Shown here one piece after another: positions 55,476-64,000 of a DNA stretch of 64,000 bases. Source of the stretch: Thermococcus sp. JdFR-02 (lineage in GTDB: Archaea > Methanobacteriota_B > Thermococci > Thermococcales > Thermococcaceae). Within the stretch, counting starts at the first letter, position 1, and each line of letters opens with the position of its first letter. Under the pieces are notes generated by a model that worked only from the letters and a program-made list of their open reading frames with translations, made no database searches and had not been told where the DNA came from. The stretch covers positions 1-64,000 of the forward strand of contig MTLP01000007.1 in the NCBI GenBank assembly GCA_002009975.1. The letters run 5' to 3'. A program made the translations under genes and the position numbers.

Positions 55476-58205
55476 TCAGGCAATTTTCTTTTTAAGCTCT
55501 TCTAAGGCTTCTTTTGCTTTTAAGATATTCTTTATCTTTCCTTGAGCTAAATCTTTCTTTCCTCCACCGCCGCCGCCAGCTATTGAGGTTATAATCCTTA
55601 TTAGTTCACCAGCTTTGAAAGGTAGTTCATCTCCGACAACGACTACTACCGCATTTGTGTCTTCACTTATTACTGCAATTATTCTATTTGGCTTCTTTAA
55701 CTTAAGTGCGGCTTCTCTTAAGTGGTCTAGGTCTCCTTCAACGACATCGCCAATAAATTCAATGTTTCCAATCCTCTCTACTTTGCTTTCAAGCTCATAA
55801 ACCAATAGCTTTGCTAATTCCTTCTTTAGATTTTCAACTTCCTTCCGTGCCTTTTTCCATTCTTCGAAGAACTTTTGAGCAGTTTCTGGGAGCTTTTCAG
55901 GTGGAACTCTAAATACCTCACTTGTCTTCTTTAGTATTGCCTCGCTCTCTTGCATCCATTTAATTGCTGCTTCTCCACATGCAAATATTATCCTCTCAAC
56001 ACCATCTTGTATCCTCTCAGTTCTTAAAATCTTTATTGGACCTATTAAGCCTGTATTTGACAAGTGCGTTCCACCACAAGCCTGAACATCCCAATCTTCT
56101 ATTTTAAGCACTCTAATAACTTTTCCTGGAACTACTCCACCTTGGTAAAGTCTAAAGCCATACTTTTGCTCTGCTTCAGTTCTTGGAAGCCACTCCCATT
56201 TAACGTTTCTATTCTCCATTACGATTTGATTTGCCAAATGCTCAATTTTTCTAAGCTCTTCTTCACTGATACGTTTGTAGTGAGATACATCTAGCCTTGC
56301 CCACTCCGTAGTTAGTTGTGAACCTGCTTGCCAAACATGCTTTCCGAGAACTCTGACCAGGGCTCCCATTAGGACATGAGTTCCCGTGTGATGCCTCATG
56401 TGCTGGATTCTTCTATTCCAATCAATCTTCCCGTGAACTTCTTGACCTTCTTTGAACTTCTCGGGATTTTCAACTTTGTGAATAATCACCTTTCCAACTT
56501 TTTGCACATCTAAGACTTTAACTCCCTCTATTTCACCTAAATCGCAAGGTTGTCCTCCACCTTCTGGATAAAATGCTGTTTGGTCTAAGATGAGCCAATC
56601 ATCGATTATCTTAAGCACCTTTGCATTGAACTCTTTCATAAATGGATCCTCATAATAAAGGGTCCTTGTATCTGGTAAATCTTTGAGAAGCTCAAAGTCT
56701 ATGAGTTTTTCTTCTTTTTCTGCTTCCTCTAAACTCTTCTCAGCTTCTTTGGCAACTAATGTGTAGAAGTTGTCTGGAACGTGAACTTTCACACCTTCTT
56801 TCTCGGCGACTTCTTTAACTATTTCTGGGGTTAAACCATGGCTTTCATAGAATAAAATAAGCTGTTCAAGTGGAATTTCGCTTTTTCCTTCTTTCTTAAG
56901 TTTTTCAACGTTCCTTCTAACTAAGTTTGTCCCTCTCTTTAGCGTTTCGAAATATCTCTTTTCCTCGACATTTATCATGTCTAGAACAACATCTTCCATC
57001 TCTTTGAATTCTGGGAAAGTCTTGTGAAGAGCTTTAATGTGCATTGCAACTATCTCAGCTAGAGGAACCTCTAATCCAAGTTCCCTTAGATGCCTAATGC
57101 TCTTTCTAATTAAGAGTCTTGCCAAATAGCCAGCTTTAACGTTGGAAGGGACAACCCCATCAGCCAGCATGAAAGTCAAAGCCTTTGTGTGATCTGCTAT
57201 AGCATATATTAGCTCATAAGGTCTCACTAAGCTCTCAAGTTCTTCCATACTAATATCTACTCTCTTTGCAACTTCTCTTCTTAGTATTTTCAAATCTCCC
57301 ATGTCTTCGATGTCAAACATTCCAGCTAAGCGGGAATTTTCCATTAAAATTCTTTCGTCTATATTATCTATACCCGCCATTTTCTTTAATGGCTCAACTA
57401 CATAACCTAAAACAGCATCATATGCTGTAGGTGTCCCTTGGCTCATCCAGACTAAACGTTCAAGTCCATAGCCGGTATCAACGACTTTTGTATCCATTGG
57501 TATGTATTTGTCGCCTTTAATCTCAACAATTTGTGAAGGATCAGCATTTTCTGGGGCTTTCTTATACTGCATAAAGACCAATGTTGCAACTTCTAAACCT
57601 TTATACAATACCTCAAAAGCTGGTCCAGCATTTCCTCCTCCTGCCCATGGGTTTTCCTTAAAGGTTATCTCCTCTCCTTTCATTCCTAAGTCTTTAGTAA
57701 AGAATTCATAAGCGTACTTTACAGTCTCGTCCATCCAATATATTGGTTTTCCGGGGTAATTAAAGGCATGATGAGCCATCATTTCGAAGATCGTGAAGTG
57801 CCTACCTGTTATTCCAACATTGTCAATGTCTGTAAATCTAATTGAAGGCTGAGAAATCGTTAAGGGATTTGCTGGTGGGTCAGCTTCTCCCGTGATTACC
57901 CATGGTTGAAAGTCCATAATTGAAGCTCCTACTAACAAGACGTCATCTCTCCATCTTGGTAAAACCGGATAGCGTTTTACTCTACCATGATTGTGCCTTT
58001 CAAAGAAGCTTAAGAACTTTTCACGCATCTCTTCTAATGTGTATTTTTTCGGAATCCCTGGTTTTCCGATGAATTGGTATTCATCACAAGGTGGATCTCC
58101 ACAGGTCTCTCTATCGGGATCTAATGTCCAAAAGGGTTTGCCACAAACTTTACATGTCTTTCTTACCCATCCTTCCTCTTTGAACATTCTTGTTGACATG
58201 TCCAT
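55476..58205 (-). CDS. alaS: Alanine--tRNA ligase
   Basis: CKVCG zinc knuckle, [22 protein letters not shown] and QACGGTH editing motifs, GGGGG C-Ala. Confidence 0.97.
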   Translation of the reverse strand: MDMSTRMFKEEGWVRKTCKVCGKPFWTLDPDRETCGDPPCDEYQFIGKPGIPKKYTLEEMREKFLSFFERHNHGRVKRYPVLPRWRDDVLLVGASIMDFQPWVITGEADPPANPLTISQPSIRFTDIDNVGITGRHFTIFEMMAHHAFNYPGKPIYWMDETVKYAYEFFTKDLGMKGEEITFKENPWAGGGNAGPAFEVLYKGLEVATLVFMQYKKAPENADPSQIVEIKGDKYIPMDTKVVDTGYGLERLVWMSQGTPTAYDAVLGYVVEPLKKMAGIDNIDERILMENSRLAGMFDIEDMGDLKILRREVAKRVDISMEELESLVRPYELIYAIADHTKALTFMLADGVVPSNVKAGYLARLLIRKSIRHLRELGLEVPLAEIVAMHIKALHKTFPEFKEMEDVVLDMINVEEKRYFETLKRGTNLVRRNVEKLKKEGKSEIPLEQLILFYESHGLTPEIVKEVAEKEGVKVHVPDNFYTLVAKEAEKSLEEAEKEEKLIDFELLKDLPDTRTLYYEDPFMKEFNAKVLKIIDDWLILDQTAFYPEGGGQPCDLGEIEGVKVLDVQKVGKVIIHKVENPEKFKEGQEVHGKIDWNRRIQHMRHHTGTHVLMGALVRVLGKHVWQAGSQLTTEWARLDVSHYKRISEEELRKIEHLANQIVMENRNVKWEWLPRTEAEQKYGFRLYQGGVVPGKVIRVLKIEDWDVQACGGTHLSNTGLIGPIKILRTERIQDGVERIIFACGEAAIKWMQESEAILKKTSEVFRVPPEKLPETAQKFFEEWKKARKEVENLKKELAKLLVYELESKVERIGNIEFIGDVVEGDLDHLREAALKLKKPNRIIAVISEDTNAVVVVVGDELPFKAGELIRIITSIAGGGGGGKKDLAQGKIKNILKAKEALEELKKKIA

Positions 58206-58287
58206 TCTCTCACCTTCTTTATGATTAAAGTTCACAGAATAAAAAGCATTCGCTTAGTAAAAGAAAGCACATTCACATATAAATATG

Positions 58288-58563
58288 TCACTTTTCATCT
58301 TCCTCGTTTATTATGACAATTGGAAGCTTTATCTTCTTTATAGCCTCTATTAGTTGTTCATAACTTTTCTGAATCCTACTGAGCTTATATCTCAAGTTTT
58401 CATTTTCTATCGCTAAGCTATTTACTTCTTCAGTTTTTGTCCTTATCTGTGCCTTCAGTTCTATTATCTGCTCTTCAGGTTCAATAACAGAACGCTCAAG
58501 CCTGTCAATTTCTTCATACAAATCTCTACAAACTTTTCTCTTTAAACTTTCCATTTTTAACAC
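58288..58563 (-). CDS. Small coiled-coil hypothetical protein
   Basis: 91 aa heptad-rich ORF directly downstream of a C/D sRNA. Confidence 0.6.
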   Translation of the reverse strand: MLKMESLKRKVCRDLYEEIDRLERSVIEPEEQIIELKAQIRTKTEEVNSLAIENENLRYKLSRIQKSYEQLIEAIKKIKLPIVIINEEDEK

Positions 58564-58620
58564 CGGTCAGACCCGCGAAACATCATCACTTATTTCAGTG
58601 GGCTCCAGACTCATCATTCC
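58561..58620 (-). ncRNA. Box C/D guide sRNA (predicted tRNA-Trp Cm32/Gm42 guide)
   Basis: Minus strand: ATGATGA-GTCTGGAGCCCA-CTGA-aataa-GTGATGA-TGTTTCGCGGGT-CTGA; all four boxes canonical with two 12-nt guides. Confidence 0.9.
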
Positions 58621-58835
58621 TCTTAGGGGTATATCTCAACACCTATTATACTTTTTTGCAATTAAAAAACTTTCAATGATTTCGACAATTTGACTAAATG
58701 TTCAAAGAATACTCCAAAAACCTTAAATATTTTGACAATATTTAAAATACATTTGTAAAGTACACTAATGCAGAAAATCTCACGTTATAGTACAACAGAG
58801 TCCAGAAAATCCCAAATTAATAAGGAGGTGTCTAT

Positions 58836-60383
58836 ATGGGAGCTATAATGGAATTTATTAACTGGTTGGATGGTATGGTTTGGGGTCCTCCCATAATGAT
58901 TTTGCTTGTTGGTACAGGACTCTTCTTAACCATTGCCCTAGGAGGAATTCAATTCCGCAGGATTGGATGGTCAATTAAGTTTACTCTCTTTGAAGGAAGA
59001 AAGAAACAAGGTGAGGGTGATATCACACCATTTCAAGCATTGATGGCAACTATTGCCGGAACAGTAGGTATAGGGAACATTGCTGGTGTTGCAACTGCAA
59101 TTCATCTTGGTGGACCTGGAGCACTGTTCTGGATGTGGGTTACAGCTTTAGTAGGTATGGCAACGAGATACTCAGAGGGTCTCTTAGGTGTTGCCTTTAG
59201 AGGCAAGTTACCAGATGGAACGATGATTGGTGGAACATTTAACTTCCTTGAAAAAGGTCTTTCAGAGGAAAAGATTTCACCGACTGCAAGATATTTAGCA
59301 GCAGCCTTCATGTTTATATTCGCAGTGTTTATAGGCTATGAAGCCCTCGGACTTGCAGGAGGGCTCAAGATTCTGGCAATAATAATTGCTCTGTTCTTCT
59401 TGGCATTAGCGCTCCTTCTTACAAGAGAACAATCACTGCCAAGCCTTGGAAAGACATTAGCAATACTCTTTGCATTATTCGCAGCAATTTCAGCATTTGG
59501 TATAGGTAACATGACCCAAGCTAACTCACTAGCATTGGGAATGAAGGTAGCGTTTAACGTTCCAGAATGGGCAAGCGGAGCATTCTTTGCATTCCTGACA
59601 TTTATAGTCATCGTAGGTGGAATTAAGAGAATCGGTGAGGTTGCAGAAGGATTAGTGCCATTCATGGCAATAATCTACTTCATCTTCGCAATTGGAGTAT
59701 GGATCAAGTTTGCTGGACAATTACCAGGTGCAATTGCGCTAATATTTAAGGACGCATTTACAGGAAGCGCAGTTGCTGGAGGTGCAGTTGGTACGACCAT
59801 AAGGTGGGGTGTTGCAAGAGGTCTGTTCTCCAACGAGGCAGGTCTAGGTACGGCAACGCTTGCTCACGCAGCTGCAAGGACAGATCATCCATCAAGACAA
59901 GCTCACGTTGCAATGCTTGGACCATTTATCGACACACTTATCATCTGTTCACTTACTGGAATTTCAATCGTGGCAACAGGTGCTTGGCAAACAGACAAAA
60001 CAAGTACAGCATTAACCCAAGAAGCATTTGCAAGAGCCTTTGGACACATCGGTGAAATAATGGTCGTTATCGGTGTCATACTCTTCGCATACTCAACAGT
60101 TCTTGCATGGTCATTCTATGGAAGGCAAAACATCATGTACTTGGCTAAGTGGATTGAAGGAGATCCAGAGAAATTTGCAAAGCTCTATCCAAAGCTCCAC
60201 TTGATCTACAACTTGCTGTTCGTGATCTTTATCTACATTGGTGCAACAACAGTTCTTGAAAATGTCTGGACATTCTCAGACATGATGAACGGTCTCATGG
60301 CAATACCCAACTTGGTTGGTTTGATACTGCTTTACACAGTTATCAAGAGATACACAAATGAATTCATTTCGGCGAATCCATGA
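58836..60383 (+). CDS. Sodium:alanine/glycine symporter (AGCS family)
   Basis: TVGIGNIAGVA, GGPGA.FWMW, FSNEAGLG, MAIPNL motifs. Confidence 0.93.
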   Translation: MGAIMEFINWLDGMVWGPPIMILLVGTGLFLTIALGGIQFRRIGWSIKFTLFEGRKKQGEGDITPFQALMATIAGTVGIGNIAGVATAIHLGGPGALFWMWVTALVGMATRYSEGLLGVAFRGKLPDGTMIGGTFNFLEKGLSEEKISPTARYLAAAFMFIFAVFIGYEALGLAGGLKILAIIIALFFLALALLLTREQSLPSLGKTLAILFALFAAISAFGIGNMTQANSLALGMKVAFNVPEWASGAFFAFLTFIVIVGGIKRIGEVAEGLVPFMAIIYFIFAIGVWIKFAGQLPGAIALIFKDAFTGSAVAGGAVGTTIRWGVARGLFSNEAGLGTATLAHAAARTDHPSRQAHVAMLGPFIDTLIICSLTGISIVATGAWQTDKTSTALTQEAFARAFGHIGEIMVVIGVILFAYSTVLAWSFYGRQNIMYLAKWIEGDPEKFAKLYPKLHLIYNLLFVIFIYIGATTVLENVWTFSDMMNGLMAIPNLVGLILLYTVIKRYTNEFISANP

Positions 60384-60454
60384 ATTTGAATTTTCCCTAT
60401 TTTTTAATTTTAACTCAAAAGTTTGATTTAAAATATAAATACTGAGGTGATTTT

Positions 60455-61840
60455 ATGAATTTTAAAGAATTTCCCAGGATAGTTGTTAAACCCCCGGGAC
60501 CGAAGGCTAAAGAGTTAATAGAAAGGGAAAAAAGTGTCATCTCTTCTGGTCTTGGAGTTAAACTTTTCCCTGTTGTCCCTGAAAGGGGTTTTGGCGCGTT
60601 AATAGAAGATGTTGATGGTAATATTTTTATAGACTTTTTAGCTGGTGCAGCTGCGGCTTCAACTGGATATGCTCATCCAAAATTAGTAAAAGAAGTTCAA
60701 GAGCAAGTTTCTAAAATCCAGCATTCAATGATAGGTTATACTTACAGCAAAAGAGCAATAGAAGTTGCTGAAATCTTAGCAGAGAAAGCTCCAATTAAAA
60801 ATCCAAAGATACTTTTTGGTTTAAGTGGAAGCGATGCAATGGACTTAACTATGAAAGTCGCCCGTTTTGCAACAAGAAAACCTTGGTTCATCGCCTTTAT
60901 TGGAGCTTATCATGGACAAACCTATGGTGCAACATCCATAGCTGCATTTCAAAGTTCTCAAAAGAAAGGTTTTTCTCCGTTAGTACCCAATGTAGTGTGG
61001 ATTCCATATCCAAACCCCTATAGAAACGTTTGGGGAATTGACGGCTATGAAGAACCTCAGGAGTTGATAAACCGCTTTTTGGACTACCTCGAGAATTACA
61101 TTTTGGCTCATGTTGTTCCTCCTGATGAAGTGGGCGTTTTGATTGCAGAGCCAATTCAAGGTGATGCGGGAATAGTGGTTCCGCCAGAGAACTTCTTCAA
61201 AGAGTTAAAGAAGGTTTTAGAGGAACACGGTATTTTATTGGCAATGGATGAAGTTCAAACTGGAATTGGGAGAACAGGAAAATGGTTTGCAACTGAATGG
61301 TTTGGAGTTGAGCCGGATTTCTTGGCTTTTGGTAAAGGAGTTGCAAGCGGAATGGGACTTAGTGGGGTAATTGGAAGAGCTGAGCTAATGGAAATGACAA
61401 GCGGGAGCGCTTTGCTAACTCCCGCGGCAAATCCAGTGATTTCAGCAGCAGCTTATGCAACGTTAAAAATAATAGAGGAAGAGAAAATAATAGAGAATGC
61501 TCAAAAAGTTGGAGCATTCATATTCAAACGCCTAAAGGAGATGCAGGAGAGATATGAGGTTATTGGAGACGTCAGAGGAAAAGGATTGATGATTGGTGTT
61601 GAGATTGTAAAGCCAAATACCAGGAAGCCAGACCCAGAGCTTACAGGTAAAATATGCTGGAGAGCCTTTGAGCTTGGATTAATTTTGCCGAGCTATGGAA
61701 TGTTTGGAAATGTCATAAGAATAACTCCACCCCTCGTTATAACACAAGAAATAGCAGAAAAAGGTCTAGAGATCATGGAGCAGGCTTTAAAAGATGCTTT
61801 AGCTGGAAAAGTTACTCACAAAGTTGTTACTTGGCATTGA
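60455..61840 (+). CDS. PLP fold-type I (class III aminotransferase family) amino acid racemase, Ala/Ser racemase-like
   Basis: DEVQTG.GRTG and FGKG PLP motifs; EPIQGDAG with Asp where transaminases carry Glu; next to an alanine symporter. Confidence 0.75.
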   Translation: MNFKEFPRIVVKPPGPKAKELIEREKSVISSGLGVKLFPVVPERGFGALIEDVDGNIFIDFLAGAAAASTGYAHPKLVKEVQEQVSKIQHSMIGYTYSKRAIEVAEILAEKAPIKNPKILFGLSGSDAMDLTMKVARFATRKPWFIAFIGAYHGQTYGATSIAAFQSSQKKGFSPLVPNVVWIPYPNPYRNVWGIDGYEEPQELINRFLDYLENYILAHVVPPDEVGVLIAEPIQGDAGIVVPPENFFKELKKVLEEHGILLAMDEVQTGIGRTGKWFATEWFGVEPDFLAFGKGVASGMGLSGVIGRAELMEMTSGSALLTPAANPVISAAAYATLKIIEEEKIIENAQKVGAFIFKRLKEMQERYEVIGDVRGKGLMIGVEIVKPNTRKPDPELTGKICWRAFELGLILPSYGMFGNVIRITPPLVITQEIAEKGLEIMEQALKDALAGKVTHKVVTWH

Positions 61841-61901
61841 TGAATTTTCTTTCATGATTTATTTTTTAAACTCTTTTTCTAACTTATTTTCAGGTGATAA
61901 G

Positions 61902-62021
61902 ATGGGACTCAAAAAGTTCTTTGCAGAATGGAGGAATAGATGTCCATTCATCAGGGCGATAGAAAAGTGGCGCTTTGAAAGAAAGAAGAATAAGTTTGAG
62001 GTAAAGAGGAGTAGAAAATAA
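61902..62021 (+). CDS. Small basic protein (39 aa)
   Basis: MGLKKFFAEWRNRCPFIRAIEKWRFERKKNKFEVKRSRK after a canonical AGGTGA RBS. Confidence 0.55.
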   Translation: MGLKKFFAEWRNRCPFIRAIEKWRFERKKNKFEVKRSRK

Positions 62022-62045
62022 GAAAATTCAAAGAAAAACATTGCA

Positions 62046-62110
62046 AACATCAACATCAGCTAGGTCGTCATCTGAAGAAAGCGAAGCGCATCACAGCTCA
62101 GCAATGGGTT
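62046..62110 (-). ncRNA. Candidate K-turn/K-loop-containing small RNA
   Basis: Minus strand CTGA-gct-GTGATG ... ATGACGA-cctag-CTGA, relatively GC-rich, followed by T-rich tract; upstream TATA-like boxes. Confidence 0.35.
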
Positions 62111-62185
62111 TAATTATAATTCAACTCTAACTAAAGCCAAATATTTTTTAAATCTTTTATCGTAATTTTGCTTTGGTGTTGGTGA

Positions 62186-62983
62186 GTGAGGGATGAGTTT
62201 AAAATTATTGTTGAGTTTTTTAATGTTCAGCGGAGTGTTTTCTTTAGTTATCGTTGGGATGTTGTGAGCTACTTTATTGGGCTTTTGATTCAGATCATGG
62301 TCATGGGGATTTTTGCGAGTCTTGTAAGTATAAATGTAAACATTGCAAAATATGGGACCACGAGTTTTCTCCAATTCTTTCTTATTGGTTTTATTGTGCA
62401 CAACCTAATTTTCCTTCCAAGGGGGAGTTTGTCAAGATTTATTGTTGGACGGAGTTTTCCAATGCTTTATGCTTCACCCACAAGTATGCTCACAATATTT
62501 CTCGGAGTAAACGCATGGAACATTGTATGGAGCTTGCTAATTTTAGCTTTAATAACTACGACTTTTGTCCTCTTTTACAAATTAACACTTCACTTGAACT
62601 CTGGAGCAATATTGGTAATTTTGAGCGGTTTTGTTCTAATATTTGCCCTTGATTTGTTCTCTGCGGGATTTAAGGTTGCCACAAAGGCAAGACAAGACCC
62701 CTTAAACTGGTTTTTAAACATTACTTCACAACTTGTGAGTGGCTTGTACTTCCCACCTGAAGCTCTCCCTTGGTGGCTTCAACCAATATCAAAAATCCAT
62801 CCTGAAAGATATATTCTTGAAATGGCGCGCTTAACAATGGGAGGAGGATACTCCCTAAGCCAGATTTATCCAAGCTTAATCAACTTAACTATAACCACCT
62901 TGGCAATGCTCCTTATTGGGTATATAACCTTTAAATGGGGTGTGAAAAAAGCTATGCAACTTGGAACCCTCGGTCACGTTTGA
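62186..62983 (+). CDS. ABC-2 type exporter permease
   Basis: About 6 TM; SGLYFPPEALPWWLQPIS..P motif. Confidence 0.88.
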   Translation: MRDEFKIIVEFFNVQRSVFFSYRWDVVSYFIGLLIQIMVMGIFASLVSINVNIAKYGTTSFLQFFLIGFIVHNLIFLPRGSLSRFIVGRSFPMLYASPTSMLTIFLGVNAWNIVWSLLILALITTTFVLFYKLTLHLNSGAILVILSGFVLIFALDLFSAGFKVATKARQDPLNWFLNITSQLVSGLYFPPEALPWWLQPISKIHPERYILEMARLTMGGGYSLSQIYPSLINLTITTLAMLLIGYITFKWGVKKAMQLGTLGHV

Positions 62984-62992
62984 GGTGATAAA

Positions 62993-63985
62993 ATGATTGA
63001 AGCAATGAACTTGACAAAGTATTATCCACCACCATTCAAGGGTTTCCTCGATTTAAAGAGTCTTAAAGACTTCTTTGGAGCACCAAGAGAAGAAATCCCG
63101 GCTCTGATTGATTTGAACTTCAAAGTTAAAGAGGGCGAAATTTTTGGACTTTTAGGTCCCAATGGAGCTGGGAAGACCACTTTTTGTAAAATTGCCAATG
63201 GATTATTACTTCCTACTCGAGGGCAATTACTAATTAATGGTTATGATAGCGTCAAAGAGCACAAAAAAGTTGCCAAAGATATGTTTACAGTTTTCACTGG
63301 GGAAAGAGATATGTGGGGAATTTTTCAATGGCGCTTAAGTATTTACAAGAATTTACGCTTTATTGCGCGTTTGTGGAAAGTATCTGAGAGTGAAATTAAT
63401 AAGCGGATAAATTATGCTCTGGATTTGCTGAATTTAAAAGAGAAAAGGAATGAGTGGTATCAAAAGCTTTCGGCAGGGATGAAGCAGAAGGTGTATATTG
63501 CTTCCGCATTAGTAATCCAACCAAAAGTCCTTATTTTAGACGAGCCAACAGTGTTTTTGGACATTATAACTAAGAGTGAGATTCACAATGCGATTTTTGA
63601 ACTTGTGAAAGAATTTGGGACTACTGTTATTCTGACCACGCACGATTTGCATGAAGCTGAGAAGTTAAGTGATAGGGTTCTGCTTTTCAGCAAGAAGCCA
63701 ATTCTTGAAGGAAAGCCTGAAGAAATTAGCAAAAGACTTGAAGTTGAGTTCGATAAAAAGGTTGTTGCTCTTGTTAAGGGGAATGTTAAGTGTGATTTTG
63801 GGTTTAAAGTGCAGTGCTTCTCTAAGGACAATGTTACGAGGATTGTAGCTTACTTACGAGAAAGTGAAGTTGCTCAGTTCTTAGATGGATTATCTAAATA
63901 CAAAATTCTAAGTCTTAAAGTTGAAGAATTAACACTCGAAGATGCATTTCTATTAATTTTCAATCATTCTAAAAAAGTAGAATAG
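62993..63985 (+). CDS. ABC transporter ATP-binding protein (exporter type)
   Basis: GPNGAGKTT, LSAGMKQK, ILDEPT, TTHD, TLEDAF motifs. Confidence 0.93.
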   Translation: MIEAMNLTKYYPPPFKGFLDLKSLKDFFGAPREEIPALIDLNFKVKEGEIFGLLGPNGAGKTTFCKIANGLLLPTRGQLLINGYDSVKEHKKVAKDMFTVFTGERDMWGIFQWRLSIYKNLRFIARLWKVSESEINKRINYALDLLNLKEKRNEWYQKLSAGMKQKVYIASALVIQPKVLILDEPTVFLDIITKSEIHNAIFELVKEFGTTVILTTHDLHEAEKLSDRVLLFSKKPILEGKPEEISKRLEVEFDKKVVALVKGNVKCDFGFKVQCFSKDNVTRIVAYLRESEVAQFLDGLSKYKILSLKVEELTLEDAFLLIFNHSKKVE

Positions 63986-64000
63986 AGTTAATTACGTAGA

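Noticed and set aside
62114-62401. 95-aa minus-strand ORF
   Set aside because: Antisense to the ABC permease, with composition typical of a shadow frame.

Overview
This is a 64 kb chromosomal window from a Thermococcales archaeon (Thermococcus/Palaeococcus-like, AT-rich, GGTGA/GGAGG RBSs). All family assignments come from motif recognition and recall, not database searches. Core genes include the complete A1Ao (V-type) ATP synthase operon, secDF-trkA, alaS, elp3, dph5, pncB, phosphopantothenate synthetase, a KaiC-like ATPase, RNase P RNA and tRNA-Val(CAC). Specialised blocks: (i) an uncharacterised Lrp-controlled catabolic operon at 1-7.9 kb (hydantoin-type racemase, DUF917, DUF1177, AroM, two M29-fold enzymes, OPT transporter, M20 hydrolase); (ii) a UbiA / flippase / PIG-A-like GT4 / creatininase-family operon that looks like a glycolipid pathway; (iii) a polyamine cluster bpsA-pdaD-speD-speE plus a second speD; (iv) two tandem ferredoxins, one absent from the ORF track; (v) an accessory SBBP surface protein with RND/MMPL-flavodoxin-TetR and an operator palindrome; (vi) an AgcS alanine symporter with a PLP-dependent Ala/Ser racemase. 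Two clear box C/D sRNAs are present, one of which appears to guide both Cm32 and Gm42 of spliced tRNA-Trp. Three apparent 1-nt deletions between 52.0 and 55.4 kb disrupt reading frames and may be assembly errors. No CRISPR array, IS element or rRNA was seen.
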